A stretch of 63,492 bases of DNA, filler included, from Octopus bimaculoides (lineage: Eukaryota): the NCBI RefSeq assembly GCF_001194135.2. It is 8 parts of 7 records of this genome, joined end to end, with 100 filler letters (N's around TTAATTAATTAA, not from the genome) between each part and the next. Parts side by side here need not be neighbours in the genome. Positions count along the whole stretch, not along the records: positions 10,942 to 29,944 come from NC_068987.1; positions 30,045 to 45,877 come from NC_068988.1; 6 more parts are not named here. One strand, given 5' to 3'. The position numbers and the translations under genes were made by a program. Below, in pieces: positions 24,461 through 36,789 of this stretch (positions are counted from its first letter, which is position 1; each line of letters begins with the position of its first letter). The notes under the pieces were generated by a model, which did not search any database, had not been told where the DNA came from, and saw only the letters and a program-made list of their open reading frames with translations.

Positions 24461-25151
24461 TAATGTTGCAAGCATATCAACTCACGCATGCACACACATG
24501 CATGCAAGCATGCACACATACATAAATACATACACATGTATATATNNNNNNNNNNNNNNNNNNNNNNNNNNNNNNNNNNNNNNNNNNNNNNNNNNNNNNN
24601 NNNNNNNNNNNNNNNNNNNNNNNNNNNNNNNNNNNNNNNNNNNNNNNNNNNNNNNNNNNNNNNNNNNNNNNNNNNNNNNNNNNNNNNNNNNNNNNNNNNN
24701 NNNNNNNNNNNNNNNNNNNNNNNNNNNNNNNNNNNNNNNNNNNNNNNNNNNNNNNNNNNNNNNNNNNNNNNNNNNNNNNNNNNNNNNNNNNNNNNNNNNN
24801 NNNNNNNNNNNNNNNNNNNNNNNNNNNNNNNNNNNNNNNNNNNNNNNNNNNNNNNNNNNNNNNNNNNNNNNNNNNNNNNNNNNNNNNNNNNNNNNNNNNN
24901 NNNNNNNNNNNNNNNNNNNNNNNNNNNNNNNNNNNNNNNNNNNNNNNNNNNNNNNNNNNNNNNNNNNNNNNNNNNNNNNNNNNNNNNNNNNNNNNNNNNN
25001 NNNNNNNNNNNNNNNNNNNNNNNNNNNNNNNNNNNNNNNNNNNNNNNNNNNNNNNNNNNNNNNNNNNNNNNNNNNNNNNNNNNNNNNNNNNNNNNNNNNN
25101 NNNNNNNNNNNNNNNNNNNNNNNNNNNNNNNNNNNNNNNNNNNNNNNNNNN

Positions 25152-25630
25152 NGCCACCTGCACAGGAGCCAGTCCAGTGGTACTGGCAACGAACTCGCTC
25201 GAATGTCTTTTCACGTACCACTGGCACAAGGGCCAGGAAGGCGATGTTGGTAACGATCATGCTCAAATGGTGCTATTTACGTGCCACCGGCACAGAAGCC
25301 AGACATCTGGTGCTCTGGCAACGATCACGCTCAGACAGTGCTCTTAGTGATCTACCGGTACAGGTGCCATCACGATTTCGCTTTCACTTGCCCCAACAGG
25401 TCTTCACAAGCCGAGTTTAGTGTTCAATGAAGAGACGTTGACATGGGTGCCAGTCTACAAATTTAGTTCGATTTCGNNNNNNNNNNCAATGAAGAGACGT
25501 TGACATGGGTGCCAGTCTACAAATTTAGTTCGATTTCGATTTTGATTTCACTTGCCTCAACAGGTCTTCGCAAGCGGAGTTTAGTGTCCAAAGAAGGAAC
25601 GTTATGCGTAAGTGGGCTGGCTACATCCCT
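25152..25630 (-). mobile_element. RTE 3' UTR fragment
   Basis: Near-identical blocks to 30340-30830 (gctcaaatggtgctatttacgtgccaccggcac...). Confidence 0.85.
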
Positions 25631-25984
25631 GGCAGGTCACAGGATGTGTGATGAAAGATTTAAGACAAAGGACAGTAAAATAAGAACAATAATACAGCTG
25701 AATTGAAGAAACAATATATAGTGTGTATATTTATTTGACATAAGAAAATGACCATCCCAAAATATAACAATATGTGTATATATATATATATATGTATGTA
25801 TGTATGTATGTATACATATATATGTGTGTGTATGTATATACTCATACATATATATATAGATATATACATACAGAGAGAGATATACATACTTACATACACA
25901 CATGCATATATACATACATACATACGTACATACATGCAGCAGCAGCAGATACTAATTAACAAAATGATACAGGAAAAACTCACA

Positions 25985-26310
25985 TGAATTTAACCATAAT
26001 GTGGCTGGACTGCCACTAGGCATTTGATAGTAAACCACATGATGGATTATCAAGGCTTTACAGTTAGCCAAAGTCTCACAACTACTAAGCGATTGCTGCT
26101 GAACACCTGACCAAGACTTGGTATACCACTTTGCTCCTTAAGAGTGCTAAGGAGCAAATTGTGTCTGATAGTATTCACTACCAAAATGGTACCTTTCAAG
26201 GTGATAGTTTTTCTGTCTTTTTATTAAATCTGCTATCATACTTGCTCACAAAGCATAGTGTCTGTAGAAATGGATCCAGGAGCATCTCCCATCTTTTCTT
26301 GGTGTATTAT
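25985..26310 (+). mobile_element. Decayed R4/Dong-clade (RLE-type) RT fragment
   Basis: NLTIMWLD..AFDS.PHD.IIKALQLAKV, GTFQGDSFSV and ISHLF match RT subdomains of restriction-like-endonuclease retroelements. Confidence 0.75.
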
Positions 26311-26333
26311 TTTATTATTATAGTTGTTAAGTT

Positions 26334-26770
26334 TAAGGTAGTGAGCTAGCAGAATCATTAGCACACTGGGTGAAATGCTTAGTGGCATTTTGCCCGCTTT
26401 TACATTCTGAGTTCAAATTCTGCTGAAGTTGACTTTACCTTTCATTCTTTCGGGATCAATAAATTAAGTACCAGATAAGTACTGGAATCAATGTGACCAA
26501 CTTACCCATTCCCCATAAATTTCAGGCCTTGTGCCTATAATAGTAGTAGTAGTAGTAGTAGCAGCTGCAGCAGTAAGGCAGGAAGCTAGCAAATTCATTA
26601 CTGCACTAGACAGAATGGCTAGCATCATTTCTTCCAGCTGTACATTCTGAGTTCATATTTTGTCAAGGTCAACTTTGCCTAATAAAATAAGTACCAATTG
26701 TGTACTGAAGTTGATGTAATTGACTAACTCCTTCCCCCAGAATTTCAGGCCATGTGCCTTTACAAGAAAG
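26334..26770 (+). mobile_element. Two head-to-tail SINE family A copies separated by (TAG)n
   Basis: Both carry ttctgagttca(a/t)att, tgactttacc/caactttgcc, aaataagtacc and ttcaggcc(t/a)tgtgcc. Confidence 0.88.
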
Positions 26771-26789
26771 GATTGCATGGATGCTAAGC

Positions 26790-27005
26790 TAGGGATCACC
26801 TCTAATAATTTTCAGTTCCTTTTTTTGATAATCTCAAGTGCTCCTGCAATCACTAGTATTGTAACTGTCTTGTGATAACACATTTTTGTTGATTTCAATG
26901 AGCAAATCTTTGTATTTTCTGAGCTTGTAAAATTATTTTGCCAAGATATTATGACCACAAGGAATGCTCATGTCGATCAATAAAAACAAAGCTTATTATT
27001 TTGGT
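26790..27005 (-). mobile_element. R4/Dong restriction-like endonuclease fragment
   Basis: Minus strand gives LLIDMSIPCGHNILAK...RKYKDLLIEINK...TVTILVIAGALEIIKK. Confidence 0.75.
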
Positions 27006-27025
27006 CTGTCTGTCTGTCTTCTTCT

Positions 27026-27180
27026 TATTATTATTCAGTAGTTTTATTTTTATAGCGTGCTTTCACTTCACTACCGAGCGCAGCTCTGTGTGCCTTGGGT
27101 ATGTGCTGTGATGCTCTAATGGTTACTGTATTGAAAGTGTTTTGTGTAGGATGTGTGCAGTGCCCAGTAGTGCAATTTTT
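27026..27180 (-). mobile_element. Short 5'-truncated R4/Dong 3' end with (TAA)n tail
   Basis: Minus strand KIALLGTAHILHKTLSIQ* then a 3' UTR ending actactgaataataataa. Confidence 0.8.
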
Positions 27181-28230
27181 TAGGGTTAGGGTTTTAGGGA
27201 ATTCCGTCCCTAACCCTAACCGTAGCCCTGACCCTAACACTCTAGTGAAAATCGTGCGGGTGTTAATCTGAAAATTTAACAAAAAGTTTGGAAGGTAGCG
27301 GTTTGGAAGCAGATCGATGAAAATTCGATACACAAAAAGGGAGTGAGAAGAATACCAAGCCTGTTCTTGTTTTTCCCCCCTGCTAAATTATCTCACAAGT
27401 TTAAAAATTATCTTTCTAATGAGTGTCCATGAAATCTAGTATCGCTGTAATAATTGTATTCAATCGGATTTTTTTTTATCAAATATCTTCAGTAATGGCG
27501 TTTCCGCCATATTGAATGAATCAATTTTTTTTTTCTATTTTAAAATTGCTTTTTTGAATTTATAGAAATTTATTATATTCTCGATTGTTTCTTAGAATTA
27601 ATAACACAATTAGTTCAATTCGGGGGGTTCCAATTTCTTTACACTTGAAAGGCACGTTTGGTAACCGTGTTAACGATGTCAAAGGAAGAAACATTTTGGT
27701 TTAGGCTTTTCTTGAACCCCAGTTTATGATCGATTTATCAAAAACTAAAATCAATAAACACTTAACGCCACATTTCAAAGGAATACGAATCGTGAAAATT
27801 TCTGCATTAAACCTAATAATTCTAAACATAGCTGTCATACTTTTGTACTGACTTTTAAACATGCAGTATTTCATATTTGAGAATGAGCTGTACCAGTGAT
27901 TTCCGATTCGTGTGCATTATAAACGTACACCAAGAGCTAATTATATTTATTCAATTTCTTTCAACACGTTCGACAATTAACGGTAACTACATTCATTGCT
28001 AGAAACTTCGTCCTAAAGTTGGTCACTAACTAGAATCAGATCTTAATCAATTGCAGTCTTGAGAAGCGGAAATTAGGATAATTTCAATCAAAAGTAAATA
28101 AAGAATATAGCATATATAGAAGTTAACAGCATTAATGGTAGTAAGTAAAATATTTCTGATAAATTTGTTCGGTAAAATGAGATTACAATTCAAAACGTGC
28201 AAATAGCTGAAAATTTTTTTTATGACTAAA

Positions 28231-28400
28231 TAGCCAATACGTTCTCAATGACGAAGTACACAAAATTGTATACTTTCTTTGTTAACACACCGTTCGAATA
28301 GTCTTTTGCAGCAGTCTGCTTAGATTAGCCGGTATTTTACCCCTATTTTGATGACGTAGTACACAACCACGAGATTCACGCTTCGTTCTCAAGATGGCTG
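28231..28400 (+). promoter_or_regulatory. Housekeeping-type promoter candidate
   Basis: CpG-enriched unique sequence with a CCAAT box (tagccaatac 28231-28240), two copies of ATGACG(A/T)AGTACACAA (28248-28263, 28351-28366; CRE-like TGACG core) and a YY1-like AAGATGGC overlapping the ATG. Confidence 0.5.
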
Positions 28401-28411
28401 ACCACATGGAG
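28394..28411 (+). CDS. Candidate first coding mini-exon (MADHME) of the UBE2E gene
   Basis: caagATGGCTGACCACATGGAG followed by gttcgt (possible donor) and T-rich intron-like sequence. It sits just downstream of a promoter-like segment. The link to the 33093 exon is inferred; the intervening exons are not seen. Confidence 0.4.
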
Positions 28412-28633
28412 GTTCGTTCTAAAGACTCGTTTTTTTAAATATTTCCTTTTAGTATTATATTTCTTGTGTTCTTTCCTGTAAGAGTGCCTTTATTTTCTTT
28501 ACATATTAAGTAAAAAAAATGTTTACTAACATATTTCCTTTTATGCAATTACTAAATGGTTCCTTAATCATCTTTTGTCTACAAAGCATGGGTTTTCGCT
28601 AAACCTTGCGGTGCCTTCTTTATAAACGAAAGC

Positions 28634-28671
<38 letters not shown>

Positions 28672-30044
28672 GTAAAACCTTCAAAGAATGAATTATTCTT
28701 AATATAATTCACACAACTCCTTCGTCAGAATATGTACTGAATAAATAATAAGCAATAGATAGATAGATAGTTCACTAAGTACAAGTTCTGATACATCTCG
28801 TCTTCATATATCAAACTATCTAGCTCACGTGTGAAAAAAAAATGTCTATATAACGAGGGAAGAAGTTTGCCGTGACGTTAGTTGTATCTCTTGTGATAGC
28901 GTTTAACTTGTTAGACCCCCACCACTGTAGGTGTTGCTTAAACAATACCGGTTCAGCCGTGATTAGTATATATTAGAAGCGTTGAAACCGTGATCATTCG
29001 GTCTCAAATTTTTTCATACACAATAAGGGCATATAAAGACGGCGTGGTATTTGATATAAGGGAGATTTAGCTACGATTTCCTGCAGGCAGAGCCATTACG
29101 TCTTCGTTAGTTTTTATTAAAAAAAAAATTGACTTCAATAATTAAGCAAGAAGCATTTATGATAGCAAAGCATAACGTTCATGTTAATAGCCTTCTTGCG
29201 CATTAACTTTTGGTAATAGATGGGGGAATCGAGTGTTGAACAAACTACTTCATTTGATGTTTCGAGTTCAAATCTCGCTCAGGTTAACCGTTGCTTTTTA
29301 TCCTCATGAGGTCGATAAAATAGCGTACCGGTTAAGTACCAATATCGATTTATATTCATATAGCGCTTTCTAAATGTAAATGAAATTTTTGGAGAACAAA
29401 AAAAAAAAAAATCAATAAAATCAAGGTGTGGTTGCTTCTACTCGGGTCAGTCTTAAAAAGACATTCCAACAGTAATCATCCCGTCATTTTATTCTCCAGA
29501 CTAATTACGAATACTATTTAATATCTCTCGTGTTATTTGGCTACTGTTTTTAGCAGACCGGACGACTGCGCAGAAGCTACCTCCGGTTATGTTTAACCCT
29601 AGGTTAGCTTTGATCAAATAGACCTATAATAGAAACATGGTGAAAGTAAAAAAAATACGTACACCCGGGTGTTTAGGGTTAGGGTAGTGTACGTCTTCTT
29701 TACCTCCGCCGGAAACATATTCTTGCTGTCATCATGCATTTTGTCAGACTGGAGTATCTGATCTGTCTCTTTCGCTTTTTTAAAGCTAGCAGGGTGTGAT
29801 TTGGCTGCTATTTTTAGCAAACTGACTTGTTACAAGAGGCTCTCTTGTTGCCTGTTAAACATAGGCAACTTAAATCGAATATATATATATATATGTATAT
29901 GTATGCATGCACACAGATAATTAACTGTCGTTGCTCTGCAGACCNNNNNNNNNNNNNNNNNNNNNNNNNNNNNNNNNNNNNNNNNNNNTTAATTAATTAA
30001 NNNNNNNNNNNNNNNNNNNNNNNNNNNNNNNNNNNNNNNNNNNN

Positions 30045-30126
30045 CCAGTCCTCAGTCAAATCGTCCAACCCATGCTAGCATGGAAAGCGGATGTTAAACG
30101 ATGATGATGATGATGATGATGATGAT
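30045..30126 (+). mobile_element. RTE 3' tail ending in (GAT)n, emerging from a gap
   Basis: ccagtcctcagtcaaatcgtccaacccatgctagcatggaaagcggatgttaaacgatgatg... Confidence 0.9.
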
Positions 30127-30168
30127 ACCATCTTGTAGCCTATGTTTTTTTCTCCTTCCAAAATGGAC

Positions 30169-31206
30169 CATCATCATCATCATTGTTTAACGTCCACTTT
30201 CCATGCTAGCATGGGTTGGACGATTTGACTGAGGACTGGCGAACCAGATGGCTGTACCAGGCTCCAATCTGATCTGGCAGAGTTTCTACAGCTGGATGCC
30301 CTTCCTAACACCAACCACTCCGAGAGTGTAGTTGGTGCTTTTACGTGCCACTGGCACAAAGGCCCATCAGGCGGTACTGGTAACGGCCACGCTCAAATGG
30401 TGTTTTTTATGTGCCACCAGCGGCACTGGCAATGACCTCGCTCAAATGTTTTTTCACGTGCCAGCGGCACAAGTGCCAGTAAGGCGACGCTGGTAACGAT
30501 CACACTCAAATGATCATGCTCAAATGGTGCTATTTACGTGCCACCGGCACGGAAGCCAGACAGCTGCTCTGGCAATGATCACTCTCGGACAGTGCTGTTA
30601 GTGCTCCATTGACATGGGTGCTAGTTATCGAATTTGGTTCAATTACGATTTTGATTTCACTTGCTCCAACAGGTCTTCGCAAGTACAGTTTAGTGTGCAA
30701 TGAAAGAAAGGTTGGCATGGGAGTTGTCGAATTTGGTTCGATTTCGATTTCACTTGCCTCAACAGGTCTTCGCAAGCAGGGTTTAGTGTCCAATGAAGTA
30801 AAGGTACGAATAAGTGGGCTGGCTACACCCCTGGCAGAAACCACAGATTATGGTCTCACTTGGCTTGCCGAGTCTTCTCTAGCACAGCATATTTCCAAAG
30901 GTCTCGGTCACTAGTCATTGCCTCGCTGAGGCCTAATGTTCGAAGGTCGTGCTTCATCACCTCATCCCAGGTCTTCCTGGGTCTACCTCTTCCACAGGTT
31001 CCCTCAACCGCTAGGGTGTGGCACTTTTTCACACAGCTATCCTCATCCATTCTCGCCACATGACCATACCATTGCAATCGTCTCTCTTGCACACCACAAC
31101 TGATGCTTCTTAGGTCCAACTTTTCTCTCAAGGTACTTACACTCTGTCGAGTATGCACACTAACATTACACATCCATCAGAGCATACTGGCTTCATTTCT
31201 TGTGAG
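30169..31206 (-). mobile_element. Young RTE LINE 3' part running into a gap
   Basis: Uninterrupted C-terminal ORF MCNVSVHTRQSVSTLREKLDLRSISCGVQERRLQWYGHVARM...GRGRPRKTW; 3' UTR with internal tandem units; (GAT)n tail. Confidence 0.95.
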
Positions 31207-31722
31207 NNNNNNNNNNNNNNNNNNNNNNNNNNNNNNNNNNNNNNNNNNNNNNNNNNNNNNNNNNNNNNNNNNNNNNNNNNNNNNNNNNNNNNNNNNNNNN
31301 NNNNNNNNNNNNNNNNNNNNNNNNNNNNNNNNNNNNNNNNNNNNNNNNNNNNNNNNNNNNNNNNNNNNNNNNNNNNNNNNNNNNNNNNNNNNNNNNNNNN
31401 NNNNNNNNNNNNNNNNNNNNNNNNNNNNNNNNNNNNNNNNNNNNNNNNNNNNNNNNNNNNNNNNNNNNNNNNNNNNNNNNNNNNNNNNNNNNNNNNNNNN
31501 NNNNNNNNNNNNNNNNNNNNNNNNNNNNNNNNNNNNNNNNNNNNNNNNNNNNNNNNNNNNNNNNNNNNNNNNNNNNNNNNNNNNNNNNNNNNNNNNNNNN
31601 NNNNNNNNNNNNNNNNNNNNNNNNNNNNNNNNNNNNNNNNNNNNNNNNNNNNNNNNNNNNNNNNNNNNNNNNNNNNNNNNNNNNNNNNNNNNNNNNNNNN
31701 NNNNNNNNNNNNNNCATATACA

Positions 31723-32959
31723 CACCATAAAAACCCATGTAATTTACACATTTTTTTGCAAAAATAAAAATAAACTTTAGTGGGTACGTAAATTACATGA
31801 AATTGTTTTTGCTGCAAAAATACATACAAAATGTAAACATTTGTACCAGAAGTTGACTCATTTAATGTCAGAATAGGTTTTTACAGAAAAATAATGGCTT
31901 AAATACGTATAATGAAGTTGACTTTTATTTATGCTGGGTGGTATAATGCTTACTTTTTCTGTATAAATTTACTAAAACCATTAAATGGTTAACTAGTTTT
32001 TGAAGTCTGATGTTCATGCTGGTAAACAAGGTTTGGGCCATATTTTACATTGCTTGGAGTTTCTACCTACCACAATCGAGCACCATTGACATACATAGTG
32101 ATATGGATATTCCCAATGGAAAAGAATGTAATGATATGGATAATCTTGATTGTCTGTTATTGTTTTGTCTGTTTATTACTAGGCACAGTTTTAAGTTTGT
32201 TGTACTGTTTATGCGAATTTCGAACATTGGCTTCATTAACATTAAAATGCCTTCTGGCATCTCTATTGTATATTCAACATATTTAATTTCACCTTCACAA
32301 TAAACGATTCATAAGTTCTGCCATACTGACAATAACGGTAATGACAAATTTTAAAGTTTGCTTGACATTTTATAAGTGCAAAAGGGATTAAAATTTCGGT
32401 ACTCCATATCAAAGAATAGGCAGAAAAGCATTCTGTTTACATAATCAGTTTGATTGGTCACCTTCCTCTGTCAGTTGAGTAAAGCGTCATCCAAGCTGAT
32501 GTTTATTGGTAATTAAACTTAATTTGCAACACCTATGCATATTTATCAGCTTTGTTTTTGTTGGTAATTCTTATCAACAACTTTTCCTGTGATCCTGATT
32601 TGAGAAGACATACAGCAGTATGCTAAAGATCAGACATAATCTCTTGTGGGCAAGAAATGTAAAATAAAGTTTATTATAAACAACACAAACACTTTGTAAT
32701 TTAATAGTTTTCAATGTGATACCTGTTAAACAGAGATTATTTTTATTTAATGAAAATGTAATAAAATCTAATCATAAGGAAGTGAAATTATGCTAAATAT
32801 TACTAAATTGAAAAGCTTTTTCCCTTGACTATATCAGCAATTCTGAAAACTTTTGGGTGCAAATTTTACATGAGTAGAAGCTTTTTTTTAACAAGTTTTA
32901 TCCTGAAAATAACCTGTGTAAATTACACCTGTGCGCAAATTTCATGGGTTTTTATGGTA
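31723..32959 (-). mobile_element. pogo/Tc2-like DNA transposon remnant in the UBE2E intron
   Basis: Inverted ends CCATAAAAACCCATG / CATGGGTTTTTATGG+TA. Minus-strand DARRHFNVNEANVRNSHKQYNKLK resembles the Brinker-type HTH of pogo transposases. Confidence 0.75.
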
Positions 32960-32978
32960 TATACCTGAATACAAATAA

Positions 32979-33344
<366 letters not shown>

Positions 33345-33830
33345 TGGTGGCTGTATGGCTGTGAGCAAACCCTCCAGCCATATTATGAACTCTGAATTGA
33401 TCAAGACAGATGTCTAATGGTGAGATATTATCTGTAATGATTGTTAAGCTCACTGCAAACTCTGTCAGAGCACATGGCTTATCTCTTCAATGAAGAAGAC
33501 ATGAGAAGAGAACTACTGATTGTGATGACTAAAAATATAAAAGAAATAAGGAGAAATCCTTCCTCTGTCCATCATTTGTATCTGGTAAATGAACTTGATG
33601 CTAAATGTGGTTATCAGTGAAATGTAGATGCATTGCTTGCTTAATTGTCCACTTCCACTGGCAATATATGTCTAGCTACAATGACCACAGCTGTAATCAA
33701 ACTGTCATTACCAGACAGACAAATGAATTTTTCTTGACCAACATCAGTAACATTTGATCTGCTGGCAGCTTGACACTATAAAAAAAAAACAAAAGCAGAA
33801 AAAAAAAAAAAAAATTTTTTTTTTTTTATA

Positions 33831-33836
33831 AATAAA
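33831..33836 (+). promoter_or_regulatory. Candidate polyadenylation signal of UBE2E
   Basis: AATAAA about 490 nt after the stop codon, followed by T-rich sequence. Confidence 0.4.
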
Positions 33837-34058
33837 GCATTACCAAAGACATTTTCTGTATCATTTTAGTTCACCCTTTACAAATCTGTTTTATATTTTC
33901 ACTGATATTACAGTGTTATTTCAATTGAATGTTGGGCAATATATTTAATTTCTTGTCTTTTGGTTTACTTTACAATTACTATTTGGAAGTAATCAGTATA
34001 ATTTAGCTTGGGGCTATAATATTCCTAATAGAATGCGGTTCATATAATTTTAAATTAA

Positions 34059-34322
34059 CCCTTTAGCATTCAGATTTCTTTGTCAAATGTATTGCTTACT
34101 TATCCACATTGTTTTGAATTAATCATGCATTATCTTGTAGCTTCAAGATTTCAATGGTATGTTGGCATATTTTTAGAATGATGTTGTGGGATAGGTGTGA
34201 GAGGTTGGATGTGGTCTGTTTTAATACAAAACAGGTGGAATATTGGGCCGGATTGTCCAAGCCATGCCAGCATGGAAGGCAGACGTTAAATGATGATGGT
34301 GGCCAGATTAAATGTTAAAGAG
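34059..34322. mobile_element. piggyBac-type MITE with a nested RTE tail fragment
   Basis: TTAA-CCCTTTAGCATT ... AATGTTAAAGAG-TTAA; RTE tail at about 34255-34298. Confidence 0.75.
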
Positions 34323-35089
34323 TTAAAATAGCAAATCGAATTAAAATCAAAATTTCAAATAGAATGCTGTTAATATAAGTTTAAATTAAAATATATTAGC
34401 TTTAATGATAAATGAAAGGAATAATAAAATGTCATTGCTCTCTGATAGCCTGTTGAATAAATTTGTAAATTGATACAGGAATTTTGTGACAAGTATTGTT
34501 TGATAGATGCTCATTCCATTACTAATTTGACAGTACAACCTTGATAGGCTTGAGTAGGTAAGATATCTTGCTTTACCCTAATGCTGTAATGCTCAAAGGC
34601 TTACTCAGACATTATTTCTGAGGCCCTTTGTGATTTTGGAAAATATCAAAGAAGCCATAAAATAGCAGAAATGAGTTTAGTTGTATTTAGTGATAAATTT
34701 GAAATTTCATTCTGTTCTCTTTCATATTTTTGGGTCCATATATGGAAGAAGACCTAATATGCAAAATAAATTTCTAAGATAAGACCAGATTAAATTTTTG
34801 TCATAATCACATTTTAGTGATTATTATATATGAAAGATAGAAAGATTTTCAGCTTATAAAGCAGATTTTACTAAATAAGTGTTTATGGTACATGGGAGGT
34901 AACTGTGTTTTATATCATCTGAATGAATATTGATTTGCTTGTATTAAATCAACTTGTAAACTCCCTTTACTGGTAGAAACAAACGTGTAAGTTGATCAGA
35001 TGTGTATTTTTGGTTAGATGAAACAAAAAGAAATTATTAGAATGTATCTTTGACTTATCAGCTTGTCTAGTGAGTTAGACAATATTTTT

Positions 35090-35644
35090 GGATCTTTTTT
35101 AAAACGGGGGCCACATTTTTCATTAATGTTTTACGTAGTGCTTTTGGTACCGAAAGACTTTCAAACTTCGTATACTTATCTATTTTGTGTTATAGAACAG
35201 AAAAATATTTTTGTATTCGAATTTATTTCATGTAAAAAATTGTCTTATTTCGATAATTTCAACCAACCACTGACGTCCATTCAGCCGATATACATTAAGT
35301 GCCGACTACATAAACAAACGATTCTTCGTTTTATTTGCTGTTTTCATTTTAAATTTGCTTTAATCCTAACCCTAACCCTAACTCTAACGTTAGGGTTAGG
35401 GTTAATTGTTTCAGAATCGTTTGTTTATGTAGTCGGCACTTAATGTATATCGGCTGAATGGACGTCAGTGATTGGTTGAAATTACAGAAATACGACAACT
35501 TTAACATGGAATAATTTATGGATTTCTTTTTTTTTTTAAGAAGACTAAGAGAAAAAGATGTTTTATATGACACATTCTACCAGTGATCCAAGTTTCAAAG
35601 TGTTTCGTTAATGAAAAATGTGGCCCCCGTTTTAAAAAAGATCC
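35090..35644. mobile_element. Fold-back MITE with GG-terminal TIRs and 8-bp TSD (Merlin-like)
   Basis: Perfect 37-bp TIR GGATCTTTTTTAAAACGGGGGCCACATTTTTCATTAA; TSD ATATTTTT at 35082-35089 and 35645-35652; inner 71-bp inverted arms with one mismatch. Confidence 0.9.
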
Positions 35645-36789
35645 ATATTTTTTGATGTTACACATGATTCAGACTATTATCTTTTCTGTTTGTTGTTTAT
35701 TCTTTTCATCAGTATAAAGTTTCTATATGTTTATTTATTATGCTACAGTCCTTGTAATAGTAATGATACTTAGCAGAGCAAACAAACGTTTTACTGCTTT
35801 GGTTGTACTCTTCAAATCAGAATTCCAAACTGTAGAGATTCCTTTGAATAATTTTCAAGTATACTCTTCTTTTGAAACTTGGTAAATCTAGTATTTTATG
35901 TAAGTATAAAATTTTCTGAAACCCCACCCAAAACGTCCATCTATTTTTACACACATAGTCAATGGACATTCTCAGTTTCCCAGAGCAAATGTACAACAAA
36001 TTTTCCCTTATATTCTCATACAAAGAATAAAATGAGGATTACATAAAGCTTTGCATATTTATATCTGATGAATGTGAACCCATAAACAAAAGCCTTAATT
36101 TTTTTCCCTTTTACAAAGTAGTAAGCAAAACAACTTTCAACACTGAATTGCATTCGTCTGTTTTGAATCTACACATCTCTCCAAAATAATTTAAAGCAGG
36201 AAAGAATCGTTCAATAATAATAATGATAAATAAATGGAAAATTCACTTAGTTTTGAATATTATTACCGAATTCCACATCATGATGAATAATTCTCATGTC
36301 TATGATAAACATAACTGGTCAGAGAGTAAAATTGATTGAGGACATACATATATCCTGTTTCAATGCCATAGCTGTGAAAATTGTCTCACTTTTAAATAAT
36401 TGATTAGCAAGACAAATTGAAACAAACTAAAATGGAGCTGTCCATCTTAGTAAAAAAAAAATGTCTGGTACAGTTCAGCAACAAGATCAAAAACAATCTA
36501 CATAGCTCTGACTTCTGTGGCCTTATAGCTCCCTATTCTATCATTGCTGGTACAGAACATTCCCTCCATTCCTCAATGACTACATTCACTTTCATGGTAA
36601 CCTCTGTTCTCATCAACATTACTATCATTATCATTAGCATCATCTGTTGCTGCTATTGCTCTACTTCTATCTCTCCCAATGTGAAGAAATCACTCTTCCC
36701 TACTTCTCTATCTCAGTTCAACAATGTCTACTGATACTACATTTCCACTAAATCCAACTCATGTAAGAGCCAGGGCATGCCCTCAACTT

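Noticed and set aside
28908-28931. ttagacccccaccactgtag resembling LDPPPNCS of UBE2E
   Set aside because: Needs two indels, and the upstream SAKRIQKEL codons are absent; a chance match.
33781-33827. A-run followed by T-run as a retrocopy poly-A tail or terminator
   Set aside because: The exon has a proper splice acceptor and intron upstream, and no TSD is seen; simple homopolymers in a 3' UTR.
35365-35404. Telomere fusion scar
   Set aside because: The order is CCCTAA then TTAGGG, opposite to a fusion, and it lies at the centre of a MITE palindrome.
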